Origin: a phage
DNA: 64,000 bases
NCBI GenBank assembly: GCA_023551395.1
Contig: GCA_023551395.1_3945.1
Strand: one strand, 5' to 3'
Shown one piece after another: positions 60,377 to 64,000 of the stretch. The translations under genes were made by a program, and so were the position numbers. The notes beneath the pieces are model-generated. The model made no database searches. It was not told the origin of the DNA and saw nothing but the letters and a program-made list of their open reading frames with translations. Within the stretch, counting starts at the first letter, position 1; each line of letters begins with the position of its first letter.

Positions 60377-60967
60377 TTAAGCTTTGGTCTTAAGTAGGTT
60401 CTTAAGTTTTTTGAGATTCATGCTCTCGTCAAACTTAAAACCAAATCCATTGACATAATCAATGAACTCGGATTTCTTACTAAGTGATAGTGCGTAACTC
60501 ATATCAAAGTTATTACTTGTTTCTGCGTCTGGACTAGAGTTCACATCAAATGAAATTTCTGTAGGCTCTTGTTTACTTTTTCTCATATTATCAACCAACA
60601 AACATGTATAGTTTGCTGGATAGAAGTTTACACTACCATCAACGTAGCTGTACTTATTATTATGGATAAGGTTTGAAAATACCTTAAGAAATGTTTCTGA
60701 GTCGTGACAAACAAGTTTGAATTGGCTGCTCTCTCCAAGCGCAACTAATGAGTACGGACTTTCACTATCAAAGTCATAATTTGGATTCGATGCCGTCACT
60801 GTTACACGCATCAAGTTATTAGCAATAGTCTTCTGTTTAAAAGAATTTTGAACATAGTGAAGACCTCTATCACACTGATTGACTAGCTCTTTAAGTAGGT
60901 CATTTGCATATGGTGAATTAATTGATACAGAGCCATCACTATTGTAATTAAAACTTACTGTTAACAT
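60377..60967 (-). CDS. hypothetical protein
   Basis: 196 aa ORF. Confidence 0.45.
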   Translation of the reverse strand: MLTVSFNYNSDGSVSINSPYANDLLKELVNQCDRGLHYVQNSFKQKTIANNLMRVTVTASNPNYDFDSESPYSLVALGESSQFKLVCHDSETFLKVFSNLIHNNKYSYVDGSVNFYPANYTCLLVDNMRKSKQEPTEISFDVNSSPDAETSNNFDMSYALSLSKKSEFIDYVNGFGFKFDESMNLKKLKNLLKTKA

Positions 60968-61194
60968 TTTTCAGTTCTCCTGCGATTTATAATTTTGCTG
61001 CAATAGAGAAACGAAGTAAACTCACTGGAAGAAACCATTAAGTGTTGTTCACTAGATTGAGCCATTGCCCTGAAATACATTCCAGTCAAAGCATCATAGT
61101 GACTATTCTTTCCAATTGAGGTTATATAGCCATGACTCTTTGCAGTTTGATATAAATCTATAATATCTGCGATTTCTAATTGGGAACTACACAT
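60961..61194 (-). CDS. hypothetical small protein
   Basis: 77 aa ORF. Confidence 0.4.
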   Translation of the reverse strand: MCSSQLEIADIIDLYQTAKSHGYITSIGKNSHYDALTGMYFRAMAQSSEQHLMVSSSEFTSFLYCSKIINRRRTEKC

Positions 61195-61358
61195 AGATAA
61201 TCCTCTTGTCTTCTGTAATTTTGAAAGAACAGGTACAGACCAATTTCAGAGGATGAATAGTAGATTAACTCTACCCTTTTTGATTCCTTACAGTGATTGG
61301 TATTCTTACCTTTCTTCGGTTTATTTGATTTTCTCATTAAGTCTCCTTTGTAGAACAA
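61176..61358 (-). CDS. small basic protein
   Basis: 60 aa ORF, Lys-rich N-terminus. Confidence 0.35.
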   Translation of the reverse strand: MFYKGDLMRKSNKPKKGKNTNHCKESKRVELIYYSSSEIGLYLFFQNYRRQEDYLCVVPN

Positions 61359-61436
61359 GGCAGACCTACAGCTTTAAGTAAGATGGTACAGTAATCCATA
61401 CAACAAGTCAAGAACTATTGCAAGTTAAAAAAGTTG

Positions 61437-61477
61437 TTGACAAAGTACTTGACAAGGTGTAGGCTTATAAATACTTA
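61437..61477 (+). promoter_or_regulatory. promoter-like element with CTTGACAAGGTG motif
   Basis: TTGACAAAGTACTTGACAAGGTGTAGGCTTATAAAT in divergent intergenic region. Confidence 0.4.
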
Positions 61478-61586
61478 GAAGATAACTTAAAAGGTTCCTC
61501 TAAAAAGGCTATTTAAACAGATATCTTTCTGGATATCTATCTTTTATCTTAAAAGCCTTTTAAGAGGTCTTATAAGAGGCATACCA

Positions 61587-61958
61587 ATGAAAAACAGAAC
61601 AAACAAAGGCCAGTTTAAAAAAGGCCAATCTGGAAACCCATCTGGAAGACCAAAAGGCTCTCGCAACAAAAGCTCACTTGTAAAAGCTCAACTGACCATT
61701 GATAATTCTGCTGAGTTTGCTGCAAAGTTGTTTGAGGCGATTGTTACAAGGGACGCTGCTAAGCTTGCAGAGTTCGGGTTAAACACAGATGATGTAACCA
61801 TCAAGAGTATGATTGAGGTCGGTAAAACTATCTTTACTCACTCAGCAGGTGAGATGAAAGCACTTGCAGCAGACACTAAGAAGACTCCTGATAATGGTGG
61901 TCAACCACAGACAGATAACAAACCAACGTTCTCTGCTGTAGCGACTCTTAAAAAATAA
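61587..61958 (+). CDS. hypothetical protein with Gly/Pro/basic N-terminal motif
   Basis: N-terminal KGQFKKGQSGNPSGRPKGSRNK. Confidence 0.45.
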   Translation: MKNRTNKGQFKKGQSGNPSGRPKGSRNKSSLVKAQLTIDNSAEFAAKLFEAIVTRDAAKLAEFGLNTDDVTIKSMIEVGKTIFTHSAGEMKALAADTKKTPDNGGQPQTDNKPTFSAVATLKK

Positions 61959-62039
61959 TTTTAAAAGGTGTTGACAGACTCTATAAAGTTGCTCTAAAGT
62001 CTGTCACATCAAACAACAAATGAGAGAAGAGAGTAAAAT

Positions 62040-63455
62040 ATGAGCGAATTATTTAAACATGCGCACCTTCATGCAGGTCGAACTGAAAATGGTGCTGTAA
62101 ACCATACTTCATCAATGTCTGCTCTTGTAGACTTTTACAAAGCTGCTGGTTCTAGCCGTAGCAATGTAGAAATCTTACCAGACTTGTTCTACAAAGCTTT
62201 GCATGAGGATGTTGATGTTGCAGTTCGTATTTTACTGCATATGCGAGATGTACGAGAAGGTATGGGTGAGCGTAAAGCTTTCCGAACTGTTTTACTTCAA
62301 GCGATTGAAGATAAAGTTTTAGAGCCTACGCAGGTTCTTCGCATTATGGATAAGATTGCAGAGCTTGGTCGCTTTGATGACTTCAAAATCTTTGTAGGTA
62401 CTCGTTTCGAGACAGATGCCTTCAAACATTTAGAAGCAGCTTTACTAGACCCTGCAACAGCAGGTTTGGCGGCTAAGTGGTTACCACGAGTCAAACCACG
62501 TCATAAGCAGTTTGTAAAACGTTTCTGCAAGTTTGCAAACTTGAGTGAGAAAGAGTACCGCACACTGCTGTCTGCACTATCTGATACAGTTGAACAAAAA
62601 ATCTCTGCTAATGAGTTTGGTAATATTGACTACAGTAAGATTCCTTCACTTGCTGCTGCACGTTACCAAAAACTGTTTAACCGTAAAGATGGAGAGCGTT
62701 ACAAAGCTTACATCGAGTCCTTATCAAAAGGTGAGACTAAGATTAATGCTGGTGCTGTTTATCCATACGATGTGATTAAATCTCTCAAGTATGGTAATGC
62801 AGATGTTGCTAATGAGCAGTGGAAAGCACTACCAAACTGGATGGCAGAAGGTGAAAACATCCTATGTATGACTGATGTTTCAAGCTCAATGTCTTGGGTG
62901 AATTTTGGTTCAATCACTGCACTTGATATTGGTGTATCACTTGCCTTGTATGTAGCAGAACGCAATACAGGTTGCTTTAAGGATGAGTTGATGGTTTATT
63001 CAACAAACCCTCACTTCATCGAACTGAGTGGTGATTTACGAAACCGTCATCGTCAGGTGATGCGACACGTTGAATATGGCTCAACTAACTTACAAGCAGC
63101 TTTTGACCGCATTCTTGAGACAGGTAAAAGAAATAACTTGACTCAGAAAGATATGCCAAGTAAGCTTATCATCTTCTCCGATATGGAGTTCAATCAGGTT
63201 GATGGAGCTAACGGTCGTACAAACTTTGAAGCAATTCAGAGTAAGTACAAAAAAGCTGGATATGAGATGCCACAACTGGTATTCTGGTACTTAGCAAACC
63301 GTAATGGCACTTGCGAAGTATCTGTTAAGGATAACGGTGTAGCAATGGTATCTGGTTTCTCTCCAGCCACTTTAAAAGCTCTGCTTGGTGGTGAGAAGTT
63401 TGACCCAATTAGTGTAATGCTCAAAGCAGTAATGATTGACCGTTATATCTGGTAA
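62040..63455 (+). CDS. von Willebrand factor A (vWA) domain protein with helical N-terminal domain
   Basis: MIDAS-type DxSxS motif in ILCMTDVSSSMSW, later LIIFSDMEF; N-terminal ~250 aa helical. Confidence 0.5.
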   Translation: MSELFKHAHLHAGRTENGAVNHTSSMSALVDFYKAAGSSRSNVEILPDLFYKALHEDVDVAVRILLHMRDVREGMGERKAFRTVLLQAIEDKVLEPTQVLRIMDKIAELGRFDDFKIFVGTRFETDAFKHLEAALLDPATAGLAAKWLPRVKPRHKQFVKRFCKFANLSEKEYRTLLSALSDTVEQKISANEFGNIDYSKIPSLAAARYQKLFNRKDGERYKAYIESLSKGETKINAGAVYPYDVIKSLKYGNADVANEQWKALPNWMAEGENILCMTDVSSSMSWVNFGSITALDIGVSLALYVAERNTGCFKDELMVYSTNPHFIELSGDLRNRHRQVMRHVEYGSTNLQAAFDRILETGKRNNLTQKDMPSKLIIFSDMEFNQVDGANGRTNFEAIQSKYKKAGYEMPQLVFWYLANRNGTCEVSVKDNGVAMVSGFSPATLKALLGGEKFDPISVMLKAVMIDRYIW

Positions 63456-63473
63456 AAAGTTTTAAAAAGGGTA

Positions 63474-63502
63474 TTGACAATGTGTTTAATACCCTTTAAT
63501 AT
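63474..63502 (+). promoter_or_regulatory. sigma70 consensus-like promoter
   Basis: TTGACA - 17 nt - TAATAT. Confidence 0.6.
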
Positions 63503-63564
63503 GTTCTACATAGAAACGAAATGAGAGCTTTTCTAAGATACTGAAAAATATTTTAAAAAAGTTC

Positions 63565-63594
63565 TTGACAACCACTAAAAAATAATGTTAAAGT
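63565..63594 (+). promoter_or_regulatory. sigma70-like promoter upstream of tRNA cluster
   Basis: TTGACA then 17-18 nt then TTAAAGT about 25 nt before first tRNA. Confidence 0.45.
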
Positions 63595-63620
63595 GGTTAC
63601 ATAGAGTTTGAAAAGTTTAT

Positions 63621-63697
63621 CTCTGTTTAGCTCAGCTTGGTAGAGCGTTCCGTTTGGGGCGGTAAGGCCGGAGGTTCAAGTCCTCCAACAGAGACCA
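63621..63697 (+). tRNA. tRNA-Pro (anticodon UGG)
   Basis: Hand-folded cloverleaf: 7 bp acceptor CTCTGTT/AACAGAG, D-arm GCTCAGCTTGGTAGAGC, anticodon loop TTTGGGG, T-arm GGAGGTTCAAGTCCTCC, encoded CCA. One U-U mismatch in anticodon stem. Confidence 0.65.
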
Positions 63698-63704
63698 AAT
63701 TAAT

Positions 63705-63782
63705 GTTCCAGTAGACAAAACGGTAAAGTCACCACTCTTTCAAAGTGGATATTTGAGGGTTCAAATCCCTTCTGGAACGCCA
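63705..63782 (+). tRNA. tRNA-Glu (anticodon UUC)
   Basis: Acceptor GTTCCAG/CTGGAAC, perfect anticodon stem CCACT/AGTGG with loop CTTTCAA, T-loop TTCAAAT, encoded CCA. Confidence 0.6.
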
Positions 63783-63873
63783 GTTTTGACAGAAGACCAA
63801 TTACAGCAAACTTAATCTTATTCATCTGAAGGTAAATCGGACAAAGAAGAGATTTGGTCTGGTCATTAAGAAT

Positions 63874-63950
63874 TGCGGGTATAGAGAAAGGGCGTCTCAC
63901 ATGTCTCATTAGCATGGTATCGGCAGGTTCGACTCCTGCACCCGCCTCCA
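63874..63950 (+). tRNA. tRNA with CAU anticodon (Met or Ile2)
   Basis: T-arm GCAGGTTCGACTCCTGC, anticodon stem CATGT/GCATG with loop CTCATTA, encoded CCA; unpaired 1-72 position and one extra nt before the D-stem. Confidence 0.45.
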
Positions 63951-64000
63951 ATTTTGCAGAAGACCGTTTACAGCAACAAAATACTTTTTGCGGATAAAAG

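Noticed and set aside
63783-63873. Possible fourth tRNA between the Glu and CAU tRNAs
   Set aside because: Could not fold it into a cloverleaf (no acceptor/T-arm pairing, no GTTC-type T-loop); kept only as a possible structured spacer RNA.
63700-63951. Minus-strand ORF 63700..63951
   Set aside because: Runs antisense across two tRNA genes; an artefact of the stop-poor tRNA region.

Overview
Gene-dense segment of a large virulent dsDNA phage of a Gram-negative host (AT-rich; strong sigma70-like promoters, lipoproteins, signal peptides). Gene content is Felix O1-like / T4-T5-like mosaic, but this is read from motifs, not from a database search. Layout: 1-4100 tail-fibre genes with His-x-His boxes (+); 4780-15900 minus-strand block with thymidylate synthase, DHFR, ATP-dependent DNA ligase and family A DNA polymerase; 16100-45000 plus-strand block with dNMP-kinase-like protein, primase-helicase, SSB-like protein, 5'-3' exonuclease, class Ia RNR (nrdA/nrdB plus glutaredoxin-like), class III RNR (nrdD/nrdG), HNH and GIY-YIG-like endonucleases, a Prs-like/NAMPT-like pair, an rIIA-like GHKL ATPase, a lytic transglycosylase and a macro-domain protein; 45100-51600 a cluster of 14 small plus-strand ORFs each preceded by a conserved leader module; 51600-53180 a 1.5 kb ORF-free region packed with short direct repeats; 53190-61360 minus-strand small genes with a T4-type lysozyme and an Ig-like repeat protein; 61590-63460 two plus-strand genes (one with a vWA domain) followed by three tRNA genes. 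No integrase, CRISPR array or IS element seen. Most interesting for follow-up: the small-gene cluster with structured leaders, the repeat-dense ORF-free region, the NAD-related gene pair plus macro protein, and duplicated G-depleted repeat blocks flanking a two-gene cassette. All product calls rest on motifs recognised by eye; none was checked by search.
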